Below, piece by piece: positions 52,401-64,000 of a DNA stretch of 64,000 bases. The notes below the pieces were generated by a model. It was not told the origin of the DNA, made no database searches, and saw nothing but the letters and a program-made list of their open reading frames with translations. The stretch comes from Paragordius varius. Its lineage: Eukaryota > Animalia > Nematomorpha. The position numbers and the translations under genes are program-made. Location of the stretch: contig OZ176055.1 in the NCBI GenBank assembly GCA_964247055.1, positions 2,356,001 through 2,420,000 on the forward strand, in the 5' to 3' direction. Within the stretch, counting starts at the first letter, position 1, and each line of letters starts with the position of its first letter.

Positions 52401-53754
52401 ACGCAATATTTGAACGAAGCATCTTTTAAGTAATTAAATGTGCTTTCATTAAAGTCAAATATGTAATCCTATAGTAAAATTCAATTAATCACCAAGACAA
52501 CATCGAAATGGGGGTCATAGCGGACCCGATTTTTTTTTCATTATTTTTTTTTAACATTTTAATCAAAATGTCGCAAATTTTCAATATAAATTTCTTCTTA
52601 AAACCTTAAATTAAATATTTTATTATAAACTAAAAAAGATTATTTAGCTTAAGCCAAGCTTCCTTAATATAAACATAATGTCTAATTGATAATGTTGGCT
52701 ATTCGAAAAAAATAAATAATTAGCGTAATATCAAGAAAGTCCTAAAACGATCCAATATATATAATATAATATTTTTCTAGACCCACACCAATCCTAAACT
52801 ACGGTCTTAATTCAACTTTTATGTAAGTTTATCCATATTTTTTATATATAAATTTGATTAATATAATATATGTTATATATAGAAATAATTTTATTCTTGG
52901 TTTGGATTTGTTACCCCAAAAAAGTATGTGTTTAAAATATTAATTAAATATCACAATAAAAACTGTATTTTTATATGAATGTAACTAATTCTGAAACCTT
53001 AATTTTTTTTAACTGCGACTTATCGTTTAGCCTGTAAATTGGTAACATACTCAATTACATATTTTAAAAATTATGTAAATAAACACAATTTTAAAACTCC
53101 TTGACTTTTTGGGGTTTTATATCCCAGAGTTTGAATTTGAATATCTGTAAAGTATATAATGTATTGAGCCGAGAAATATGCTTTTTATCCTTTTATGCGC
53201 ATTATAAAATAATTTTTATAAAATGTAAATTGTTAAAAAATCATCATCTCAAACTTTTCGTCATCATTCTATAATTTTTTTTGCTAATGCAATAGGCAAA
53301 TATATATATATTAAGGTTAGGATATACTACTTAACTTTAATAAGCTTTCAGGCTATATTTTACCAAAAGCTTGATATATTTTAATTTTATCAGCTGTTCG
53401 GTTCTTTTGTGTTTTAGAGCTGTCTCAATTTTAGACTTTAGAAGTGGCAATGCATTTAATATAAGTTTTTGTTGTCTAATACATGAATATGTTTGACAAA
53501 TAAATTTTAATAAATAATTTTCAAAACAGAGGTATATTTACAAAATTGCTGGTTTATACTAACCCAACATGTCAATTAGGAAAAAAAGAATAAGATCATG
53601 AAGTGTTAAAAAGCTCTCCAAAAAATTTTGCCTTTTAATTGGTTTCTCTCTATAATTAAGCTTTTTACTGTATATTTAGATTTGACGTGCAATGAAACGT
53701 TTGTTAATATTGATGTTATACAAGAGTGCCATAAAATCGGCAAATGTACGTAAA

Positions 53755-53792
<38 letters not shown>

Positions 53793-54185
53793 CTTTGCTC
53801 ATCAACATAAATGTATTTTTAATAGATGGCCTCCAAAACACTTCGGACAGACTTGACGAAACCAGGATTAACGGCCATACTTAACGTATATAAATTTTTA
53901 TATCTTTTGACACAATGTTTTTGGTGTTTTTATAATAAAGGCAGTTAGTAAACTTATAATTTTATTTTTTTCTACCAAGATACTCAATTAGTTTATGCGC
54001 CTTTTTAAATCTAAATAATGACTTTAGCCATCTTAATTTTGAGATTTACTTTTAATAAATAATTTTATATTTTTTACCAAAGGAATACTGTGATGACAAC
54101 TATCCATATCACCTGCAAGATGAGATGAAATCAAGTTTGTTCATTACGCTTGGATCCATGAAAATAGTTGAAAAAGAATTTTCCT
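49466..54185 (+). CDS. Secreted, highly diverged M13 (neprilysin/ECE)-like protein. Exons supported by the paralog: 49466-49553, 49612-49713, 49896-50371, 50438-50509, 50537-50575, 51000-51142, 51539-51752, 51820-51891, 51928-51984. Candidate later exons: 52335-52429, about 53678-53745, about 53826-53886, 54083-54185. 3' end unresolved.
   Basis: Signal peptide MLRLIFLCSIALYSLSIPNVFA. NCKDAIEKHC (cf. DPC.DFY..AC), IKAIYDSC (cf. KAK.FY.SC), DWEK, LKDFIILYTANHL...FRD...RARCV (cf. NYL.W...F...RW..CV). Exon boundaries are shared with the paralog. No HExxH found. Confidence 0.6.
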
Positions 54186-54502
54186 GTAAACCCGTTCGTT
54201 TTTCGCTCGAAAAGTGTGAAATAACATTATAAATAATATAATAACAATACATATATACATTATTTAGTATTTTTGTTTTATCAAGAAAAAACGAATAAAT
54301 TTTAATTATTTATGCAAATGCCTTATTATTTAGCTAAATATGTATACAATAATTAGACTACTTCTAAGACTTCTCTAAATGAAAAGTTATAAAATGAGCC
54401 GAATCGAAAAAAATTGCATATAAATTAAGCATATTTTTGCTATCATCACATTTTTTGAAAATTATTTAAAATTAGAAATAAATACTATATAATATTTTAA
54501 AC

Positions 54503-54780
54503 CAAGGGTGTCCAACACCGGCTTGCCGATACATTATGTGCGGCAGCGGAAAATTTGAAACTCCATATTTTGCAAATCTCAACAAAATGATTTTTCAAAC
54601 AATTGATACGAAAATAGTCAATAGAATTGGCAAGAACAAATATTGTGTTTTCATTTTACAGTTTTATACTTGAAATCTAATAAATTATTAATGAATGCCC
54701 ATATATAGTTGAAATGCGGCTCGCCAATTTTTTCGAGTTAAAAATACTGAATGCGGAGCCATTTGTGTTGGTCACCCCTA
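54503..54780. mobile_element. hAT-type MITE
   Basis: Ends CAAGGGTGTCCAAC / GTTGGTCACCCCT with GCGGC-rich subtermini. TSD is poor. Confidence 0.65.
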
Positions 54781-57513
54781 TTCAAATAATATGATCTAGC
54801 AGCTGTTCGGAATTCAAACACAGACTGAATTAACCGGTCAAATCTTAAAATTTTAATTTTAATCAAAATTAGGATTAATTATAAAATGTTGTGGGTTGTA
54901 TAGAGCAATTAATATCATGATTTTAATAAAGCTAAAGTTGGCTACTACCGGAATCGAATTCCATAAATGCAAAATTGCTATTTTGGCATTTCATGCACAT
55001 GAAATTTTTCTTATGTTTAAGAATATATTTTGGTATAAATTTTGCCCCGGGGGATATATATATATATATATATATCTATCACCTATAATGAATTACCTTG
55101 TATTTGTATTTGTGGGTTCCTTAAAAATTTTGCATAAAAACGACAAAAGTTTGAAAAGAAATTTTTATTTTTTTTTTAAAAAAATATATTTTTTTAATTT
55201 ATAGTACAAATTTAAAAATAATTTGCTTCATATTATTTACTTGATTTAATGTGATTTTGTACAAATTCTGCCACATTCGAAATAAAATTCTGTTTGAGAA
55301 TGTGATGCATTATCCTTTTAAAAAGGCGTTTCGGCTAAAAAATTTATTCAAACCTAAATATGGGTAAAATAATATGAAGAGATGTAATTTTAGTAATATT
55401 TCTATGATATTCTTTATAATTACTTAAGGGGATGTTGTGTTTATACTATGCCTCAATTTAAACTGGTTTTTGGTCATTACCATATGTTTTGAAAAATCTT
55501 AAGAAGCAATAGCTTAAAGTTTGTAAAGAATTCACCCTTTAATGGAGTTTTTTATTAGTGATTTCTTTTTATATTATATTTTTATAATAGCCCAATTTAA
55601 AATATTCAATTTAGGGCATTTTAATGCTCGCATAAGAATAATAAGGAGTTATTATATAGTCAAATTTAGGTGTAATTAGTAATCAGATTTTTTCTTTCAA
55701 TATTTGATAATATAAACATTTAATATAACTAATAAAAAAATCGGTTGTCAAATTATAATTTACACTCCATTTTCCAAATTAGATAAAAACATTGTGGATC
55801 ATAATATAACATGCTTAAATTTGTAATAAAATGAAAAGATATTTTTGTTTAAAAATTATATTATTTAAAAAATTAACATGTAATGTTTTGTTTCTACAGT
55901 TTAAAGTTTGTTTTTAACAATAAAGCAAACAGCTGAAAACATAAAAATTACCAAAAATTTGCTGTAAAAACTGAAACATACAGGAAAATGCTATTATTTA
56001 ACCATCAAATTACAGAAAATATTATTGGCGACAATAAGTTTGAGATGATGATTATACGATTGTATATTTTTTTAAATATTTTGTGCATAATGCGCCTAAT
56101 TTAAGACTTTGCCTTTTGGGGTATTATATCCTGATATTTAATCTTAAAAAGTAGCCTCTTAGGCGTATTTAACAATTCACATGACTTTTTGGGGGTAGTT
56201 TTTTGCCTCCATTGTTTTTCTTTGAATTTTTTTAAATCGCTTATACAATAAATGTATATTATGGTTAGAAAATCTAATATAATTAAATTTAATATTTTAA
56301 GTTTTTACCAGGAAAAAATTTCATATTACTTGATTATAAAACTAGCTATTAACTCAAATGGTGTTTAGATGCTGTCCAAATTTTAGACTCTAAAAATTAC
56401 AAAACTGTAAAAAATATTTTCGATCTAATACAGGATAAATTTGTTTGATAATTAAATTATAACTAAAATAACTTTCAAAACATAATTCAATCACAAGACT
56501 AGCTCTTGGATATAAAACTACCCCAATATGTCATTAAGGACAAAAGTGTGAAAATGTGAAGTGTTAAAAAAGAAATTTCAAAAAATGTAAAATTATCCAC
56601 CTCTGAAACTATTTTATCGCCATTTTTTCTTTATTTTCAAAATAAAATAGAATTAAAAATTATGAAAAATGTAAATATTTATAAATAATCAAATTGCATT
56701 AAGCTTTTCGATATGTCTTAAATTTAACATCAGCTGTTTGTTTAAATCGAGTTTTGGATCTATATGTGAAAAATAAAGCTTTTTGTCTACTATACGAGAT
56801 AAATAATTGCATTAAAAATTATTTAACAAATACAACTTTAAAATATTAACAAGTTTACTTTTGATGCAAAACTCCAAAGTGTATTATAAAGAGTTCACAA
56901 ACAAAATAAAAAGGTAATTTAAACCTTATCTAATTTTTGTAAATATATTTTACAAAGATTTTTACAGTTAATTAGGTAGACCTTAATATAAATAATTTTT
57001 CTCGTGATATTATAGTGTGTAGGCATTTTTTTTAATTTTAATATAGCATTTTTTTTTCAAAAATAAGACTCATTCACTAACATGTCTTACAAATTTTATA
57101 ACATAATCCAAATTTGAGCACATTACTTCACTATCCTCAAAACAATTTATATAATATTTATAAACGAGTTTTCAGAAACTAAATGATTAAGTATGATAAT
57201 AAAAAAGGCCAAAGGCCCCTTTTTTAAAAAAATGTATTCAACATAATTTATTAAATGCGTAAGTTATATTCACTAAATATAATACAATGATCAAGCATGT
57301 CCCCTGTTGTTTTAGTTTTTCAAATATTTTGCTTTAATATCATTATAGTTCTAAGAATCCAAATTTACAATTATATTATCAGATATTTTGGACAAAATAT
57401 AGGACTAGGTAATGATGTAAGATGACATTGTATAGTATACTTGTGCTATATAACATAGCTCCAGAGAAAGAGTTTTATTATAAGTTTTTATTTTTATAAA
57501 TTTATTTCATAAT

Positions 57514-60500
57514 ATGCAACCTACTATGTTTTTATCAATCCTGATTGTGTTTTCAGGATCATTTCCTAATTTTTTGGACGCTAAAGTTGCCAAAAGTAAG
57601 TCTTATTTCAAATTGTTGAAATATTTTTTGAATAAAAAAAACTATAATTTAAAATATTAGAATTAAACTGCAAGCTATCGAAAATTATTGCAAGGATGTT
57701 TCCCAATTAAAATCTGGGCAACTTTCACTTGATTACAAAATGATCCAACAATTAGGTATTTATTTTTTCATCTTACCTAACCTTAAAAATTTAAATTGTG
57801 CTGATTATAAATTATGGAAATACATTTTTATTAACACGCTATGGATATAATTGTCAAGATTTTAATTATTGATTTAGATTTGCATTTCCAACTTACTTAT
57901 AGTCTTTTTCGATTAAACGGAATAATTTTTTATATAAACGAGTGGCCCATTTAGATTATGTGATCCCTAATATATCAGCAAAAAATCGGCTTTTAAACTC
58001 ATAGTAAATAATTGTTATAGAAATAATTAATTTATTAAAACTTATTTTTAAATAAAAAAATAGATATTTCAGGACAAAATTTTATAACTATGATTTTAAC
58101 TTCTCTAGCTTAATGTTACCAGATAGGCTGTTTTTCGCAGTACATTACTGGGTTTTCAGAAAAAAACGGCGACTGTACTGCGCCCATTTTTGTACTGCTT
58201 TTTGAAATTGAAAAATATATTTTTTTATATATATTAATTACCTTTTATTTTTTTAATTAATTTTTTTAGATAATATAGTACCCTCTGTAAAAATAACCCC
58301 ATCATATGTAAAGAAATAATTCATTTTGCGGTAAAAAACTAAGATTGGCCTTTTTTTAATTGGTTAATATTTTATTTTTTGCTCAAATTATACATAAAAT
58401 TGGGTTTTGGATCGGTCACTCCGCTTAGGATTGCACCCTTTCGCGCAGTGGTGAAACTTTACTTCGACTCCACAGTAAAATTCAGGCTAATGGCTCTTTC
58501 ACTCAGGACTTCCGCAAAAAGAGGCCTCAAAATTTAAAATTAACAAAATAATTTATGATATTTTAATAAATGTTTGATTAAGTTTAGAAAGTTCATTTGT
58601 TATAATTATCAAACGGTAAATTATATAGAAAATTATATTCCCATAACATATTATTTAAAATTTATTATACATGTTAATAGTTTTTAAGTTTTTTATACTC
58701 ATAAGGTAGGAGATATATTTCTTGATTTGTTTTCTATTTGATTTTTATTAGTTTTCAAATTTTTTTGAATAAACAAATTTGAGATAATTTTTTGAAGCGT
58801 ACTGTAAACTATTTTATATTATAATTGAAACGGTATAACGCTTGAAGATATAATAAAACCCTTTTTCTAAATAATTCGATGATGGTGAACATTATTATTG
58901 GTTGAGAATTCTAATTTAAAGGTTTGTTTGCTTTCAAATTTTGGTGAATTTTTGGAAAAAACACAATAATTCTGAGAAAATGTTTAGAAATATCGAATCT
59001 ATATATTTATAAAAATAGAAAATGCTGGCTTTGTGATCTCTTTCCGGAAAACCGGTAGACCCATTCAAATCCAAATATCGAAAAAATATTATTATTAATG
59101 AGTGTCCCGACAATAGCTTCGCCCTTTTTTGAATTAGGCCCCCAGTTCGGGCCCACCCCGTGTAAAAAACGGGTTTTTTTTGAAAACAGAGGTCCACCAA
59201 AATCTTTTCTTTGAGACAATTTTCCGGAGAACGTGTTGGACCATTCAATATCAAATATAATTTTTGTTTAGTTATTTTCGATTGCGCCGAACATGTTCGG
59301 CTCGCTTTTTTAATTTAGGCCCTCTTTTTACCCGCTCCCCCTAAATTGCCATTTTTTCAAAAAACAAAGTCCACAAAAATAATTTTTTAAATTTATTTTT
59401 CCCTCAAGTAAACAATAAATTAGTATGAATGCACCGTTTTAAAATTCTTATGAGATCATAGCTAATAAATAATGTTTCGTTTTATTGTTGCTCCCCCCCC
59501 CCCCCCCAGCCCAGAAGTCCGAAGAAACTCCTCAGGCTGCATAGCAGCACGAGATTTACGCTAGTTATATATATATAAATGGTTTAACTCAACCGTTTAT
59601 ATCGTTTCCATCATGGACAAAATAGTATGAAGTACGCTTTACAAAATTTTGCTAAAAATTGAATTTTGATAGTATGCATTTTTTTAAAAATATATTTAGT
59701 CGATATCACAATAAAGCATATATTTAAAATTATTGTACAATGTCGGAATTTTTGCGTTTATTTTAGAGAATAGTCCATTTTAAAAGAGCCAAACAGTTTG
59801 GGACTTTTAGGGCCTACATCTAAAAATTTAAACAAAAGGCACCATGATAATCCTGATATTTACCTATCAGAATATATATTTCATCTGGATATTTTTTATG
59901 GAATGTGTAATATACCACACCGATGTAAAAACAGACCAAGTATGTTTTAATTTTGTACTGCGTCACAGTTTAAAATATTGATGCCAAAATTTTGACATAA
60001 ATATATAAATTTATTTTTTTTATATTATTGCATACAGTATTTTTTGTCTATCAACGCTTTATATATCGATTATAATTTATATTTTGGGATTAAAAAATGT
60101 TTAGTATAAATGAAAACGATTTATAAAATTTGAAAAGGCAGCTAAAATTGAAAATTGTTGTCTCCCGTTTTAGCTTTTATCACGCGTGTATTTTTTATAT
60201 CAGAGGCTTATTGGGTAGTTATAAAATTGTTCAATTGTCATTAATATATAGCATAAAAACAAATGAAATATATTGGACTAATATTAGTTTGAAGTTATTT
60301 TTTATCCATATTTATTACTAAAATGTGAAATCATGTGTTCTAAATTTACTTTTCCTGTTTTGTCATTATAATTTTTATACTACTGTAAATATAATTGAAG
60401 AATAAGAGCCAATACCCAACAATCGATGTGCTCTAAATATTAAAGACATATATGAATCCTGTAAAGCTTACCATGGTAGTATAGAAAGTAAAAACGATAC

Positions 60501-63500
60501 TTTAGCCATTCAAATAATTCAAAGCATAACGAGCAAGTATGGATCGTTTAGTAATTAACCCTATGTGAACGGACAAAATTTTGAGTGGAAAGATGCTGAT
60601 ATAATTGTTGAGATAATGAGTGAAACTTTCTAGTCGCTCCAATAGTGTTTGATTACTCTGAAAAAGTTAATACAACAACACAGGCAAACGCTTCAGAGCT
60701 GATAATTAAAAGTGCAGGGATGTTGGATCTCTAAGCTATTTATAAGGTGAAAATGGAAAGAGAAATCAAAATGATGGAACGTTTGTTTTACGAAATGGGT
60801 GGTATGAAAGAGAATTGGAAAGAAATGTTCACAAATATGGCCAAAGATACAGCAGAAAACGTATATACTCTATATTTATAAATATTGTAAAGTTTATTGC
60901 TAGTAGGTACAGTTAAATATCAATTTATGCGGTACATGGGAGTGCACAAGAAACTGAAAAAGTTTAAATCCTAAATTTTGATATATTGTCAACTATTATT
61001 AATTGGCATAATATAAAAAATCTTTCTCCGTTATAATTCGCCTAAAACCCCATTTTAACTAAGGATTAAAAACGGCTGTTTGAGGCTAAAAAAACATGTG
61101 TAAAATTAAATATTTTATCAATATTTTTTGAAATATCATGAAAAGAATTTTATTAAATTTAATATTATTAATGATGTGGGTGATAAAAATTTAATTTATA
61201 CGCATAAAAAAGGCTTTACCTTATTTTTTCAGGAAAATTATAAACCTATTCATATTATTTTTCTAGGTAACGCTTGATATGAGCCCACAAGCGACGTAAA
61301 TTGTACCGATATAGCCTTCATAGATGATTGGGAGAAAGTACTACTATCATTATAATTAGAGAAATTGAGGATGCATTTTTGAAATAATTTATATATTTTG
61401 TTTAACTTGTTTATATATATATTGTATTTTATATAGGAAGCAAAAATTTATGATCCAAAGTTGATTTATCAGGTAAGAATTTACACAAATATATACACAC
61501 AAAAGAATAGATTTTATATATATATATATATATTCTGAAAAAAAATTAATTAATTATTTACGGTGTTTTGGTTTTAGGGCTTACGTGTTATCAACAAAAC
61601 GTTTCCATTTCAAGGTCAATGTTTCAGTTTAAAAAATCGAATTAACGGATACAATATGCAAAATAAAATTTTTTTGAGATGAAATACTTCAATTCCAAAA
61701 TTCATTTAAATACATTTCTATAAACATATTTAACAAACAAAATTTATATTTAATTTCGGAGGATGATTAGCACATCTAAAAGTTATTTAAATGTTGCTTT
61801 TTTCTCCAATGTAATAATACATATCAATATTGTTTGGAATGTAAAACATCTAGATTTCATTAAAATTATTTTATTAAGCATATTTGCGCTAATTTAACAA
61901 CATTTTCATACACAGCAATTAGCACATGTAATTATTTTTAAAAAAGATATGGCTCAAATACTATCATTAGCATTATAATTTTATCTTAATATATTTTATC
62001 ATGATATTTTGAACGCTCTGAAGACATATTTAATTAATATAATTTATGATATTTTCCATCCATAGTATGTGGGTGTTATTATTAATATATTTATTGATAT
62101 TTTTTGCATTCAGAAAATTGCCTATTCTGTAATGAGAAAAAATTGGCAAAAACATGGTTTCGTGTGCGCGGATAGGATAAAATATTTTGATTACAATCCC
62201 AAATTTACTGAAGAATATGGCACTTTTATTGGATCCTACTTCCTAAAAAATACAACGTATTATGTTTTATAAATCCCTCCTAAACTTATATTAAAGTAAC
62301 TGTAATTTGGTAGGAACTGTTAAAATATAAACCATCATCCGCCTAAAAAATATAATTTTGATCATTATACACATTATCAACAGCATTATAAAATCGAAAC
62401 AATTGGTCAATTTTGCTTTTATCTGGTTATATGTGAGTCGGCTTTCACTGACTGCACAAGACTGTAAATTAAACAACTCCCTGCCTTTATTAATGGTTAG
62501 ATGAATTATTTTTTTGAGAGAATGAAGTCATAACCGACATGTTAATTATGTGTTAAATCTGATTGAAAGGCATTTATACTTAAATCTTTTGCAAATACAT
62601 TTAATAATTTTGGAACCATTATTCAAATAGAAAAAAGTAATGGAGATTGATGAACAATATAAATTAACAAATAGAATTTATTTTAAAAACGGGAAATTGT
62701 TTAGTTGAATTCATTGTGACGGAGGGGTGAGGTCCCCTTTACATATATGTAGTAAAAATTGAAATTATAAGGCTGCGGCATAGCTTGCGTTTCAGACTCC
62801 CCTCCCCTCCATGCAACCCCTTGCATTTTAAAAAATAATTCAAAATTTAAACCGTGGACATGACCTCTCATAAAAGGGTGATTTTTTATGTATTATCTAA
62901 AATAATAACTTTTAAATACCTATTTTTTTTAAAAAAATAAATAATTCTAAAATCCGGTGCCTCTTTAACTATGGCCCCCGTTGTATGAATCCCCCTTTCC
63001 TCCCCCTAGCCATTATACGGACAAAAAGTGAGAATAAATACAAATATGTTAAATTTTAAAATATAACTAATTGTCTCTAAAAAGTACAAAATAGAGATGA
63101 AAATTGGTAACAAAAATAATTATATATTTACGATTGTAATTAAAGGATTATTTATAAATTAAGGTTTAAAAAAGTATGGTTGACTTATGATAAAAAAATT
63201 TGTCTTTACATTTTTACGTTGTGTCCGTATAATTACAATTTTTTTATGGTTAGAATGTTAAAAGATTTTTTGATCCTGTATCTAACGAATTGGCGCCATA
63301 TGTGGCTCCATCTTGGATGGATCATCAATCACCATTAAATGATGATCAAAAATATTTCAATTCAAAAAACCTGAGGGTAAGTCGCGTTAATATGCTCCTT
63401 TCCGAACAAAAGGAATTAGATACATATTTAATATTTAATTCAATCCATTCAAATTTCGACAAGGTATCATCAATAATAAACTGACCATAACAGTAAAGGA

Positions 63501-64000
63501 CAAAACGTAAAAGCAAAAAGACAAATATTTATTCTAAAAACAATTATAATTTTAACTTATTGATTTTAATATATATTATTTGGATTCAAAGAATAGCGAT
63601 GTAAATAGTTAATACACTAAATTGTATAATTTGAAATTGATAATTTAGTAGTTTATGCAGATAAAAAAATCAAGGTTTAAAAAATATGGTTGTTATAAAA
63701 TGACTTTTTTTAAATTTTATGTTTTGTCATGTATTTTTAATTTTTACAGTAAATTGATGGATTTTATATTAAATTTTTGTTTTACTTAGCTCACAAGTCT
63801 AACCAAGGAATTTATTGATGCCAATCAACTGGAAAAACTATATCACAAACTAAAAACATCGGTATAATAATATCTGTTTCTAAAATAAATATTTATCATA
63901 CTTTTTAGCTTAGGGAAACTTTGTCAAATATGTTTGTTCCATCACACCAAGCTAAATTGGTAATATTTTATATTAATCTATTATGTTTACAGACACATAC
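57514..64000 (+). pseudogene. Tandem pseudogenised paralog of the M13-like gene (runs off the window)
   Basis: Homologous exons at 57514-57595, 57661-57755, about 60408-60870, about 61266-61337, 61437-61472, 62114-62256, 63258-63471, 63791-63862 and 63910-63960. A 4 nt deletion frameshifts exon 2. Exon 3 has in-frame TAA codons (about 60556, 60731) and a frameshift. Confidence 0.85.
58998..59564 (+). mobile_element. Helitron copy 4, internally deleted (567 bp), in intron 2 of the pseudogene
   Basis: A|TCTATATATTTATAAAAAT ... CTCAGGCTGCATAGCAGCACGAGATTTACGCTAG|T. The whole internal repeat array is deleted, with the junction near 59405. Confidence 0.9.

Noticed and set aside
58436-58475. tRNA gene
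   Set aside because: The A-like and B-like boxes leave no room for an anticodon arm, and there is no acceptor stem.
58934-59254. ORFs 58934-59254, 59007-59219, 25648-25857, 26883-27086 and 40840-41055 as a gene family
   Set aside because: All fall in or overlap Helitron copies, have no Rep/helicase motifs, and their frames are not conserved between copies.

Overview
Very AT-rich eukaryotic DNA, not prokaryotic. The supplied ORF track misses most genes because they are split by spliceosomal introns, many only 21-36 nt long. Splicing by hand gives a coronin (+), an NPAT-like histone-locus-body scaffold (-, about 596 aa over 10 exons), PMF1/Nnf1 (-), RPS25 (+), an SRSF1/9-type splicing factor (-), RPL7 (-), and a secreted, highly diverged M13 (neprilysin)-like gene (+) followed by a tandem pseudogenised paralog. 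Most of the rest is nested transposon debris: four copies of a non-autonomous Helitron, a TA-targeting MITE family with TACCATTT termini and 21-22 bp subterminal arrays, piggyBac-type MITEs (one triply self-nested), hAT MITEs, a 3 kb decayed Charlie-type hAT, mariner and RTE-LINE fragments, and several fold-back palindromes. NPAT plus tiny introns suggests a reduced parasitic animal such as a myxozoan, dicyemid or orthonectid; this is inference. All family assignments come from recalled motifs and were not database-checked.
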